Assembly (NCBI RefSeq): GCF_001457595.1
Contig: NZ_LN831039.1
Span: forward strand, 240,001 to 272,000
Reading direction: 5' to 3'
DNA from: Mycolicibacterium smegmatis
GTDB taxonomy: Bacteria > Actinomycetota > Actinomycetes > Mycobacteriales > Mycobacteriaceae
DNA length: 32,000 bases
The notes under the pieces are model-generated. The model did not search any database and was not told where the DNA came from. It saw nothing but the letters and a program-made list of their open reading frames with translations. Of this stretch, positions 8,427-22,486 are shown one piece after another. The position numbers and the translations under genes were made by a program. Position 1 is the first letter of the stretch, and each line of letters starts with the position of its first letter.

Positions 8427-9524
8427 TCAGTTGAACGCCAGCCAGCTCGGCAGCGCGCGTTCGCGTGAATCGCACAGCACCTGACGCGTATCACAATTGC
8501 CGCGCGGTGACCCTGCGCCGCTCCACATCCCGCCGGTGTCGCGGCGCAGCACGATCGCCGACGAACCGCCGCCGTCGAGCAGCACGGCGTTGTCGGCCCC
8601 GAGTCCGCGGAACAGGTCCTGCATGTTGTCGGGGGTGTAGCTGCCGCCCTGGAAGACGTAGAGCTGATCGGCCGCACGGTTGTAGCCCAGCGCGGTGCGC
8701 GCCGCGCTGGGCCCGCCGTCGTTGAGCTGACCGGTATCGCCCGGTGCGAGCAGACCGATGCCTGCCACCGCGACGAACCGCGTCCCGCTGTCCACGAGCC
8801 GCTGGATCTCCGGGGACGCCGCGTCATAGTCGTTGGGGCCCTTGGGCATGATGATGTACGGGGCGCCGCCGACCGGCAGGATCATCGTGGCCAGTGCCGA
8901 CCAGTGCTCGTTGCCGCCGGACAGGCCCTGCTTGCCCGCGTAGGCGAGCGTGCCGGTGACCGCCTTATTGGTACGGCCCTGGCCGCGCGTGTTGTCGACG
9001 TAGGCGCCCAGCGGTGAACTGCATTTGGTGTCGCGCCACGAACCGCCCTTCTGCGGCCTGACATCGAAGAAGTTGGCGTTGACCGCGATGGTCGGCTGGC
9101 CCAGCACGTGCCAGGCGTTCAGCGGTGCATAGGTTTCCGACGCCTGCCACAGACCTTCGCTGGTACGGGCGCCCGGGGTTCGCTCACACCGCGACTGATA
9201 ACCCTGGTGCGTGTCGACGAGCAGACGCGGATTCAGACGGGTCGACGCGTTCTTGATGGTCATCAGGTGGCCACCGTTGTTGAGCGTGTAGGCCCGGCCG
9301 TCCGCGGTGAGGAACGGTGCGGCGAACTGCCCGCCGAAGTTGTACACCAGGTACGAACCCTTGGTGTTGGCGATGGCGCCCAGCAGCAGTGTCCTGGGGT
9401 CCTCGGCCCTGGTGGGCGGGGCGCCGCCCGTACCCAGCACAGCGCACAACGCGAACGTTGCGGCGCCCGCCGTCACGCGTCGGAAAAGTTTTGCCAGCCC
9501 AGGCACGAAATACACAGTAGCCAC
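8427..9524 (-). CDS. Exported phosphodiester glycosidase (NAGPA-like domain) family protein
   Basis: Signal-like N-terminus; AVNANFFDVR...DTGQLNDGGPSAARTALGYN...DNAVLLDGGGSSAIVLRR is typical of this family. Start codon uncertain. Confidence 0.8.
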   Translation of the reverse strand: MATVYFVPGLAKLFRRVTAGAATFALCAVLGTGGAPPTRAEDPRTLLLGAIANTKGSYLVYNFGGQFAAPFLTADGRAYTLNNGGHLMTIKNASTRLNPRLLVDTHQGYQSRCERTPGARTSEGLWQASETYAPLNAWHVLGQPTIAVNANFFDVRPQKGGSWRDTKCSSPLGAYVDNTRGQGRTNKAVTGTLAYAGKQGLSGGNEHWSALATMILPVGGAPYIIMPKGPNDYDAASPEIQRLVDSGTRFVAVAGIGLLAPGDTGQLNDGGPSAARTALGYNRAADQLYVFQGGSYTPDNMQDLFRGLGADNAVLLDGGGSSAIVLRRDTGGMWSGAGSPRGNCDTRQVLCDSRERALPSWLAFN

Positions 9525-9609
9525 ATAGATAACTCTGTCAACATACGTAACGGGCTGGTCACGGGCTGATACCGGAGGTGTTCCGGAACCGTCAACAAAC
9601 GAAAAACAG

Positions 9610-11972
<2,363 letters not shown>

Positions 11973-11973
<1 letters not shown>

Positions 11974-12392
11974 CAGAGTGCGCGCTCCTGGATACGGATC
12001 ATGGTGCCCGCGGGATCGCGCACCGCGCAGTCGCGGACACCATAGGGCTGGTCGGTCGGTTCCTGCACGATCTCGGCCGTGGTGGCCTGCAGTCGCTCGA
12101 AGGTGGCGTCGACGTCGGCGGTGGCGAGGACGATGCTCGCAAACGTGCCCTTGGCCATCATCTCGCGGATCACCTTCCCCTCCTCCTCGGTGATCGCCGG
12201 ATCGGCGGTCAGCGGGTACAGGACGATCGAGGTGCCCGGCTGGTTCGGCGGGCCGACCGTGATCCACCGCATGGTGCCGTGGCCGACGTCGAGGCGGACC
12301 TCGAACCCGAGGGCGTCGCGGTAGAACGCGAGCGACTCTTCGGGATCCTCGTGCGGCACGAACGTGTTGTGGATGGTGAGGTCGTTGCTCAT
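11973..12392 (-). CDS. VOC (glyoxalase/bleomycin resistance) family protein
   Basis: FVPHEDPEESLAFYRDALGFEVRLDVG...YGVRDCAVRDPAGTMIRI; stop codon overlaps the downstream UvrA-like start by 1 nt. Confidence 0.85.
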
Positions 12393-12396
12393 GGGC

Positions 12397-12837
12397 TCAC
12401 GCTAGGTGCAGGCGCACGGCGGGCGCTTCTCGATTCCTGACCGGTCTGGTGACGTACTTCTCCAGGCACGACGGCAAGCCCTCCTGTGTGGCGGCCGCGC
12501 GATCCCGATAGGTGCTGGGCGGCAGGCCCACCAACTCGGTGAACCGCGTGCTGAACGTGCCCAGCGACGAACACCCGACGGCGAAGCACACCTCGGTGAC
12601 CGACAGGTCACCACGGCGCAGGAGCGCCATCGCGCGTTCGATCCGACGAGTCATCAGATACGAGTACGGCGATTCGCCGAAGGCGGCTTTGAATTGGCGC
12701 GACAGATGTCCTGCCGACATGTTCACCCCGCGTGCCAGCGCTTCCACGTTGAGCGGCTGCGCGTACTCGCGGTCGATACGGTCGCGCACCCGGCGCAACA
12801 GCTTGAGGTCGCGCAGTCGTTGCTCCTCCCCAGGCAT
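12397..12837 (-). CDS. AraC-family transcriptional regulator (stand-alone HTH domain)
   Basis: LNVEALARGVNMSAGHLSRQFKAAFGESPYSYLMTRRIERAMALLRRGDLSVTEVCFAVGCSSLGTFSTRFTELVGLPPSTYR. Confidence 0.85.
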   Translation of the reverse strand: MPGEEQRLRDLKLLRRVRDRIDREYAQPLNVEALARGVNMSAGHLSRQFKAAFGESPYSYLMTRRIERAMALLRRGDLSVTEVCFAVGCSSLGTFSTRFTELVGLPPSTYRDRAAATQEGLPSCLEKYVTRPVRNREAPAVRLHLA

Positions 12838-12853
12838 GGCCACGCAGCCGATG

Positions 12854-14137
12854 TTACGGCGGCGGAGCCAGCCGGTACACCGCCCCGGCAAAGTCGTCGG
12901 TGATGTACACCGCGCCGTCGGGGCCGGTCACCGCGGCCACCGGCCGGCCCCAGCGCTGCCCGTCGTCGTCCTGAAAGCCGCCGACCAGTGTCTGTTGCGG
13001 CCCCAAAGTGCCGTCGCGCCAAGCGAAGAACGACACCTCGGGAGCGCGCGGCGCGTCCCGGTTCCACGACCCGTGCACACCCACCAGCGCACCCTGCCCG
13101 AACGGCTGCGGAAGCTCGGCGAAGCTCATCCCCAGCGGGGCCGAGTGCGCGCCTAGGGTCTGCTCGATGGGATGCAGTGCGGCGCAGTCCATCTCGGCGC
13201 CATCGGGATTGGTCTGCAGGTCGCGGATCAGCTTCGCCGGTGGCGGGCCGTCGGGATTGCAGTACGGCCAACCCAGTTCACGCCCTGGCGTCAGGCGTGC
13301 GACCGACTCGGGCGGATGGTCGTCGACGTAGGACTGCACGACGCGGCCGTCGGGGTCGGCGACGTTGTCGCGGTTGTTGACCGCGGTCCACAACGACCCG
13401 TCCGGGGCGAACGCAAGCCCCGTTCCGTTGCGCACGCCGGTCGCGAACGGTTCGGCCGGACCACCGCCGGGCGGCACCCGCATGATGGTGGCCCGCGGCG
13501 GGTCGGCCGTGCGGTCCTCGGCCAAGATGTTGCCCGTGGACCCGATCGAGAAGTACACCGCGCCGTCGTCGCCGACGACGACGCTCTTGAGTGCGTGGGC
13601 GTAGGCGCCGCGCAGGTCGGGGCTCTTGGCGTCGGGAAGACCGTCGATAACGGTGCGGCGGTTCACCGCGGCGCCGTCGGCATAGTCGTAGGCGTCGATC
13701 TGATCGCTCTCGGCCACGTACAGCGTCGGCCCCGCGAAGAACAGTCCGTGCGGTTGGTCCAGCCCGTCGAGCAGGGTGCTCTGTGTGGGAAGCACTTTCA
13801 GCACCTCGCCGGTGCTGGGGACCGAGACGAGCAGGGCTCCGTCGGGTGCCCACGCGGCCATGCGGGCCTTGGGCACCCGCGCGACGACCTCAAGGGTCCA
13901 CCCGTCCGGGACGAGAGCCTGACGCGGCTGGTCGAGCGGTGCGTCGTCGAGACCTTCAGGCACCTCGACCGTCACGGGTGTCAGCTCAGCCGCACCGGCG
14001 GGGTGTTCGGCGGTGGTCTGCGAAGACGATCGAGACGGTTGCGCTGTGGGCTCCGTAGTCTGCGGTTCGGTGCCGCATCCGGCGAGCACAACGGACGCGG
14101 TGACGACGACAGCGCTAATCCCCGGCCAGGCTCGCAT
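12854..14137 (-). CDS. Lipoprotein PQQ-dependent sugar (glucose/sorbosone-type) dehydrogenase
   Basis: Lipobox LAGC in MRAWPGISAVVVTASVVLAGCGTEPQ; beta-propeller motifs ending GRPVAAVTGPDGAVYITDDFAGAVYRL. Confidence 0.82.
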   Translation of the reverse strand: MRAWPGISAVVVTASVVLAGCGTEPQTTEPTAQPSRSSSQTTAEHPAGAAELTPVTVEVPEGLDDAPLDQPRQALVPDGWTLEVVARVPKARMAAWAPDGALLVSVPSTGEVLKVLPTQSTLLDGLDQPHGLFFAGPTLYVAESDQIDAYDYADGAAVNRRTVIDGLPDAKSPDLRGAYAHALKSVVVGDDGAVYFSIGSTGNILAEDRTADPPRATIMRVPPGGGPAEPFATGVRNGTGLAFAPDGSLWTAVNNRDNVADPDGRVVQSYVDDHPPESVARLTPGRELGWPYCNPDGPPPAKLIRDLQTNPDGAEMDCAALHPIEQTLGAHSAPLGMSFAELPQPFGQGALVGVHGSWNRDAPRAPEVSFFAWRDGTLGPQQTLVGGFQDDDGQRWGRPVAAVTGPDGAVYITDDFAGAVYRLAPPP

Positions 14138-14831
14138 GCATCTCCCAAACCAGGATCTCGGCCGGCTCGTCGGTGGCCGTCACGCGTTGTCCGCCGGAGC
14201 CGGTCAGGCGCGCGGCGTCACCTTCGGCCAGGTCACCGGCATCCTCCAGCGTGACGCGGCCCCGCGCGACGAACAGGTGCACGTAGCGGGCCTCGGGTAA
14301 TCCGACGGCATCACCGGGCCGCAGCCGCGCCCCGTAGAGCGTGGCGTTGCGGTTGTGCAGCGTCACGGCGGCGTCACCGGCCCCCGAGGCGATCGGCGTC
14401 AGGTTTTCGGCGAGCGTGATCTCGCGCTGCTCGTAGCCCGGCGTAAGGCCGGCACGGTCCGGGATGACCCACATCTGCACGAAGTGCACCGGTTTGTCCG
14501 ACGACGCGTTCTTCTCCGAGTGCTGCACACCCGTCCCCGCCGACATGCGCTGCGCCAGGCCCGGGTAGATGACCCCGGAGTTGCCCATCGAGTCCGCATG
14601 CGCGAGCTCGCCGTCGAGCACCCACGTGACGATCTCCATGTCGCGGTGCGGGTGGGTGTCGAATCCGCCACCTGCGGCGACGATGTCGTCGTTGTTCACC
14701 AGCAGCAGCCCGTGGTGGGTGTTCGCCGGGTCGTAGTAGTCGCCGAAGGAGAAGGAATGCCGTGACTGCAGCCAGTCGGTGACAGAGACGCCGCGTTGGT
14801 CGGCGCGCCGGATGTCGACGGTCGGGGGCAT
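14115..14831 (-). CDS. Pirin family bicupin protein
   Basis: HSFSFGDYYDPANTHHGLLLVNNDDIVAAGGGFDTHPHRDMEIVTWVLDGELAHADSMGNSGVIYPGLAQRMSAGTGVQHSEKN. Confidence 0.9.
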   Translation of the reverse strand: MPPTVDIRRADQRGVSVTDWLQSRHSFSFGDYYDPANTHHGLLLVNNDDIVAAGGGFDTHPHRDMEIVTWVLDGELAHADSMGNSGVIYPGLAQRMSAGTGVQHSEKNASSDKPVHFVQMWVIPDRAGLTPGYEQREITLAENLTPIASGAGDAAVTLHNRNATLYGARLRPGDAVGLPEARYVHLFVARGRVTLEDAGDLAEGDAARLTGSGGQRVTATDEPAEILVWEMHASLAGD

Positions 14832-14968
14832 GGCTCCAGCCTAGAGACAGGACGAGCCGATCCTCGGTCCGAGCGTGCGTCCGTGGCGGGATTCGGGCCG
14901 ATTTCCCGCCCTGCACGCACAGCCGATCACCGCCAGATGAGCTCCCAACCGACCGGTGGATCGGGCGG

Positions 14969-15763
14969 GTGTCCTACGCTGTGGGCGTGGATATCAACGG
15001 AGCTAGCGCAATCGTCACCGGTGGCGCATCAGGTATCGGCGCGGCATCTGCCCGCCTGTTGGCAGCCAAGGGAGCCAAGGTCGTCATCGCCGACCTCCAG
15101 GCAGACAAGGGCGAGGCACTCGCCAAGGAACTCGGCGGCGCGTTCGTCAGCGTCGACGTCACCGAGACCGACCAGATCATCGCCGCGGTCGACAAGGCCG
15201 CCGAACTCGGTCCGCTGCGTGCCCTGGTGAACTCGGCCGGTATCGGCTGGGCCCAGCGCACCATCGGCAAGGACGGTGAGTACGCGTCGGCGCACAACCT
15301 CGACGTGTACAAGAAGGTGCTCGCGATCAACCTGGTCGGCACCTTCGACTGCATCCGCATCGCCGCGACCGCGATGAGCCGCAACGAGCCCACCGAGACC
15401 GGCGAGCGTGGCGCGATCGTCAACATGACCAGTGTCGCGGCGTTCGACGGGCAGATCGGCCAGGCCGCCTATTCGTCGTCCAAGGGCGGCGTGGTGGGCC
15501 TGACCCTGCCGGTGGCGCGTGACCTGTCCGCGGTGGGCATCCGCGTCAACACCGTGGCGCCGGGCCTCATCGACACCCCGATCTACGGCGAGGGTGAGGG
15601 CTCCGAGGCGTTCAAGGCCAAGCTCGGCGAGTCCGTGCTGTTCCCGCACCGCCTGGGCAAGCCCGAGGAACTGGCCTCGATGGTCATCGAGCTCATCACC
15701 AACTCCTACATGAACGCCGAGGTCGTCCGCGTCGACGGCGGTATTCGGATGCCTCCGAAGTAA
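14969..15763 (+). CDS. Short-chain dehydrogenase/reductase (3-hydroxyacyl-CoA dehydrogenase-like)
   Basis: ASAIVTGGASGIGAASARLLAAKGAKVV (Rossmann), NSAG, YSSSK catalytic motif. The actual start may be GTG 14987 (MDINGASAIVTGG). Confidence 0.88.
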   Translation: MSYAVGVDINGASAIVTGGASGIGAASARLLAAKGAKVVIADLQADKGEALAKELGGAFVSVDVTETDQIIAAVDKAAELGPLRALVNSAGIGWAQRTIGKDGEYASAHNLDVYKKVLAINLVGTFDCIRIAATAMSRNEPTETGERGAIVNMTSVAAFDGQIGQAAYSSSKGGVVGLTLPVARDLSAVGIRVNTVAPGLIDTPIYGEGEGSEAFKAKLGESVLFPHRLGKPEELASMVIELITNSYMNAEVVRVDGGIRMPPK

Positions 15764-15772
15764 TCTCCGCGA

Positions 15773-15831
15773 GCAGACTGCAGAACTGCCCCTTTCCACG
15801 CGGAAAGGGGCAGTTCTGCTTCGTGGTCTGC
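15773..15831. terminator. Long bidirectional intrinsic-terminator-like hairpin
   Basis: GCAGAACTGCCCCTTTCC (15780-15797), 4-nt loop, GGAAAGGGGCAGTTCTGC (15802-15819), with an outer GCAGAC/GTCTGC arm pair; lies between convergent genes. Confidence 0.85.
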
Positions 15832-15843
15832 TTTGTAAGAGGC

Positions 15844-16968
15844 CTACCAGTCCGACTCGTCGTACTTGATGACGCCACGGATGTTCTTGCCGTCCAACAT
15901 GTCCTGGTATCCGGAGTTGATGTCTTCGAGCTTGTAGGTCCGGGTGACCATGTCGTCGATGTTGAGCAGGCCGGACTTGTAGAGCGCTGCCAGCCGCGGG
16001 GTCTCGATGTGGCTGCTGCCGCCTCCGAAGATGTTGCCCTTCAAGGTCTTCTGCAACATCGTGAACAGGAACAGGTTGAGCTTGACGTCGACGTCGGTCA
16101 TCGCACCCATGCCGGTCACGACACACGTGCCGGTCTTGGCGGTCAGGATCAACGCCTCTTCGATGTACTCGCCCTTCATCTCGCCGACGGCGATGATGAC
16201 CTTGTCGGCCATCAGACCGTGGGTGACGTCGATGACGGGGGCGATGGCCTCTGCCATGGTGGGGTAGACGTGCGTGGCGCCGAACTTGACGGCCTGCTCG
16301 CGCTTCCACTCGTTCGGATCGATCGCGATGACCTGCTTGGCGCCCGAGATCACCGCACCCTGCAATGCGCTCATGCCGATGCCGCCGACGCCGACGATGA
16401 TCACGGTCTCGCCGGCCTGCACCTGCGCGACGTTGGTGGCCGAACCGAAGCCGGTGGGCACCGCGCAGCCCATGATGGCCGCGGTCTCGAACGGGATGTC
16501 CTTGTCGATCTTGACGACCGAGTCCTTGTGCACGGTCATGTACGGCGCGAAGGTGCCGAGCAGGTTCATCGGCGACACCTCGTGGCTGCCGGCGTGGATA
16601 CGGCTGGTGCCGTCGGCGATCGCCTTGCCGCCCAGCAGAACCGCGCCGCGATCACACAGCGAGCGGAAACCCTTCAAACACGGCGGGCATTCACCGCACG
16701 CCGGGATGAACGCCAGGATGACGTGGTCACCTTCTTCGATGCCCGTGACGTTCTTGCCGACCTTGGTGACGACGCCGGCGCCCTCGTGCCCGCCGAGCGC
16801 GGGCAGTCCGATGGGCGTCGCGCCCGTGGTGATGTGGTAGTCGGAATGGCACATGCCGGCAGCGTGCAGCCGGATCTGTACCTCATCGGCGACGGGGTCG
16901 CCCAGATCGATCTCGTCGACCTTGAACGGCGAATTCAGTTCCCATAGCAGAGCGCCTTTGGTCTTCAT
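15844..16968 (-). CDS. Zinc-dependent alcohol dehydrogenase of the mycobacterial NDMA-dependent type
   Basis: MKTKGALLWELNSPFKVDEIDLGDP...GMCHSDYHITTG...LGGHEGAGVV...CGECPPCLKGFRSLCDRG...VGVGGIGMSALQGA. Confidence 0.88.
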   Translation of the reverse strand: MKTKGALLWELNSPFKVDEIDLGDPVADEVQIRLHAAGMCHSDYHITTGATPIGLPALGGHEGAGVVTKVGKNVTGIEEGDHVILAFIPACGECPPCLKGFRSLCDRGAVLLGGKAIADGTSRIHAGSHEVSPMNLLGTFAPYMTVHKDSVVKIDKDIPFETAAIMGCAVPTGFGSATNVAQVQAGETVIIVGVGGIGMSALQGAVISGAKQVIAIDPNEWKREQAVKFGATHVYPTMAEAIAPVIDVTHGLMADKVIIAVGEMKGEYIEEALILTAKTGTCVVTGMGAMTDVDVKLNLFLFTMLQKTLKGNIFGGGSSHIETPRLAALYKSGLLNIDDMVTRTYKLEDINSGYQDMLDGKNIRGVIKYDESDW

Positions 16969-16980
16969 GAATTGCGATAA

Positions 16981-16994
16981 TAGAACAGGTTGCA
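16981..16994. promoter_or_regulatory. Candidate KstR-type operator
   Basis: TAGAACAGGTTGCA matches TnnAACnnGTTnnA, 12 nt upstream of the alcohol dehydrogenase start codon. Confidence 0.4.
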
Positions 16995-17139
16995 GATTAG
17001 TCCACCACCTAGTTTCTGAACTGCGGCTTTGCATGCTTGAAGACGTCGTTTTTGTGGGTCGCCGACGGTGGCTCCGATGAGTTGGACACCTGCGGCGGGT
17101 CTATCCGGGGACACCAGAAAGCCGACGAGAGGTGAACCC

Positions 17140-17634
17140 ATGCCCGTCAAGATCAACGCCAGCATCGTGCCGAACCTGTGGTTCGACCGGGAAGCCGAAG
17201 AAGCCGCCGAGCACTACATCGCGGCGTTCGGCGGCAACGGCCGCATCCTCAACAAGATCGCCGCACACCCCGACGCGCCGTCCCCTCAGGACGTGCCCGT
17301 GGTGGTCGAGTTCGAACTGGTCGGGCAGCGCTTCGTGGGCATCAACGGCGGCCCGCAGTTCACGTTCAACGAGGCCGTATCGCTCGAGGTGCGGGTCGCC
17401 GGGCAGGAGCAACTCGACCAGGTGTGGGCCGCGCTCACCGAAGGCGGCGAGGAACTGCCGTGCGGATGGCTCAAGGACAAGTACGGGCTGGCGTGGCAGG
17501 TCACGCCGAGCGAGTACTACGACATGGTCACAAAGGGTGACGAAGAGGCCAACAACCGGCTGATGACCGCGGTGCTGAGCACGCACGGCAAGTTCGACCT
17601 GGCCAAGCTGCAGGCCGCCTACGACAACGCCTGA
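17140..17634 (+). CDS. VOC/PhnB-like 3-demethylubiquinone-9 3-methyltransferase-fold protein
   Basis: INASIVPNLWFDREAEEAAEHYIAAFG...FVGINGGPQFTFNEAVSLEV...CGWLKDKYGLAWQVTPSEY; ATG 17140 preceded by GAGAGGTGA. Confidence 0.85.
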   Translation: MPVKINASIVPNLWFDREAEEAAEHYIAAFGGNGRILNKIAAHPDAPSPQDVPVVVEFELVGQRFVGINGGPQFTFNEAVSLEVRVAGQEQLDQVWAALTEGGEELPCGWLKDKYGLAWQVTPSEYYDMVTKGDEEANNRLMTAVLSTHGKFDLAKLQAAYDNA

Positions 17635-17637
17635 GCG

Positions 17638-20540
<2,903 letters not shown>

Positions 20541-20580
20541 AGCACAAGAAGATGTCAGACGTCGTGACTAGGTTCTGCAC

Positions 20581-21324
20581 ATGAGCGACGACAAGATGCT
20601 CGCCCGCATCGCAGCGCTGCTGCGACAGGCCGAGGGCACCGACAATCCACACGAGGCGGAGGCCTTCATGGCCGCCGCGCAGCGGCTGGCCACCGCGACG
20701 TCCATCGATCTGGCGCTGGCGCGTGCGCACTCCGACAAACGCACCAAGGCCCAGATGCCGGTGCAGCGCACCATCACCATCGGTCAGGCAGGCACCAAGG
20801 GACTGCGCACCTATGTGCAGCTGTTCGTGTTGATCGCGCAGGCCAACGACGTGAAATGCGACGTGGCGTCCAACTCGACGTTCGTCTACGCCTACGGCTT
20901 CGCCGAGGACATCGACGCCACGCATGCGCTGTACACCAGCCTCGTGATGCAGATGGTACGCGCCTCGGAGGCCTACATCGCCTCGGGTGCGCACCGGCCG
21001 ACGCCGACGATCACCGCGCGCCTGAACTTCCAGCTCGCGTTCGGCGCACGCGTCGGCCAGCGGCTGGCAGAGGCACGCGACGAGGCCAGGCAGGAGGCCG
21101 ACGCCGCCGATCAGCCGGGCACTGCGCTTGCGTTGCGCGACAAGGACATCGAGCTGAAGAGCTTCTACCGGCAGGCGTCGCAGGCGCGTGGCACGTGGCG
21201 GGCCACGAGTGCGTCCGCGGGCTACTCGTCGGCGGCGCGACGTGCCGGTGACCGCGCCGGCCGGCGTGCACGGCTGGGGCCGATGCAGGAACTGTCGGGC
21301 GCGCGTGGCGCACTGGAGAAGTGA
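20581..21324 (+). CDS. DUF2786 domain protein (Rv0184-like)
   Basis: MSDDKMLARIAALLRQAEGTDNPHEAEAFMAAAQRLATATSIDLALARAHS is a DUF2786 N-terminal pattern. Confidence 0.8.
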   Translation: MSDDKMLARIAALLRQAEGTDNPHEAEAFMAAAQRLATATSIDLALARAHSDKRTKAQMPVQRTITIGQAGTKGLRTYVQLFVLIAQANDVKCDVASNSTFVYAYGFAEDIDATHALYTSLVMQMVRASEAYIASGAHRPTPTITARLNFQLAFGARVGQRLAEARDEARQEADAADQPGTALALRDKDIELKSFYRQASQARGTWRATSASAGYSSAARRAGDRAGRRARLGPMQELSGARGALEK

Positions 21325-21803
21325 CGGCCCGGGACACGCAGCGGGCGCGCGTCTACGCCGCTGAGGAATTCGTGCGGACGATGTTCGACCGTGCCGCACA
21401 ACACAGTTCGCGCGCCATCGACTTCTTCGGGACCCAGCTCACGCTGCCGCCCGAGGCGAAGTTCGGATCCGTTGCGGCAGTGCAGCGTTACGTCGACGAC
21501 GTGATCGCGCGCGTCGGCGCGGCGCCCGTGGCGGTGCGGGCCCGCCGCGGCACCAAGGCCGCTCACTACGAGATCGAGAACGCCGTCATCGCGGTTCCCG
21601 AGCAGCAGACCACCTGGGCGCTGCGCGAACTCGTGGTGCTGCACGAACTCGCCCACCACCTGTGCGCCACAGGGCCCGATCCCGACGGCCCGGCGCACGG
21701 CCCGCAGTTCGTGGCGACCTACTGCGAACTGTGCGAGACGGTCATGGGACCCGAGGTGGGCCTGGTGCTGCGGATGGTCTACGCCAAGGAGGGTGTCAGC
21801 TGA
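21321..21803 (+). CDS. HExxH (HELAHH) putative metallohydrolase, TIGR04338-like (Rv0185-like)
   Basis: GTG start overlaps the upstream stop (GTGA); ALRELVVLHELAHHLCATGPDPDGPAHGPQFVATYCEL. Confidence 0.75.
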   Translation: MTARDTQRARVYAAEEFVRTMFDRAAQHSSRAIDFFGTQLTLPPEAKFGSVAAVQRYVDDVIARVGAAPVAVRARRGTKAAHYEIENAVIAVPEQQTTWALRELVVLHELAHHLCATGPDPDGPAHGPQFVATYCELCETVMGPEVGLVLRMVYAKEGVS

Positions 21804-21822
21804 CTGCGCTAGCCTGACGCTC

Positions 21823-22479
21823 GTGGCAGAACCCAGTGATGTAGACGTCCTGTTCAACCAACTGCTGCAGACCGAGGACCAGGCGCTGGCCGCAGCGCGG
21901 GAATCCACGCAGGCCGCGGGCATGCCCGCGATCGAGGTATCGGCGCAACACGGCAAGCTGCTGTCGCTGCTCGCGACGATGTCCGGGGCACGACGCGTCC
22001 TGGAGATCGGCACCCTCGGGGGTTACAGCACCATCAACCTCGCACGCGGTGCCGGTGCCGACGGCCGCGTCGTCACCCTCGAATTCGAACCGCGCCACGC
22101 CGAGGTGGCCCGCGCCAACCTGCAGCGCGCCGGCGTCGCCGACCGCGTCGAGATCATCGTCGGCGCGGCCCTCGAAAGCCTGCCGCGGCTCGCCGAGCGC
22201 GGCGAGGTCTTCGACTTCGTGTTCATCGACGCCGACAAGGAGAACAACGTCGCCTACGTCGAGTGGGCGATCAAGCTCGGGCACCCGGGCACAGTTGTCG
22301 TGGTGGACAATGTGACCCGGTTCGGCCGCGTCCTCGAACCCGCTCCCGACGACCTGCAGGCCCGAGGCGTGCGCGACATGTTGCAGATGATGGGCGAGCA
22401 CCCGCGCCTCGACGCCGCCGCCATCCAGACGGTCGGCGCCAAGGGCTGGGACGGCTTCGCCGTCGCGGTGATCAGCTGA
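21823..22479 (+). CDS. SAM-dependent O-methyltransferase (Rv0187-like)
   Basis: SGARRVLEIGTLGGYSTINLARGAGADGRVVTLE...FDFVFIDADKENNVAYVEWAIKLGHPGTVVVVDNV; GTG 21823. Confidence 0.88.
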   Translation: MAEPSDVDVLFNQLLQTEDQALAAARESTQAAGMPAIEVSAQHGKLLSLLATMSGARRVLEIGTLGGYSTINLARGAGADGRVVTLEFEPRHAEVARANLQRAGVADRVEIIVGAALESLPRLAERGEVFDFVFIDADKENNVAYVEWAIKLGHPGTVVVVDNVTRFGRVLEPAPDDLQARGVRDMLQMMGEHPRLDAAAIQTVGAKGWDGFAVAVIS

Positions 22480-22486
22480 GCCGTGA

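Noticed and set aside
11974-12267. N-terminal extension of the UvrA-like ORF
   Set aside because: Overlaps the VOC gene in another frame; MHPADSHDRIRVTGARENNLK matches the normal UvrA-type N-terminus.
13172-14254. 360-aa plus-strand ORF opposite the sugar dehydrogenase and pirin
   Set aside because: Spans two real minus-strand genes and lacks family motifs.
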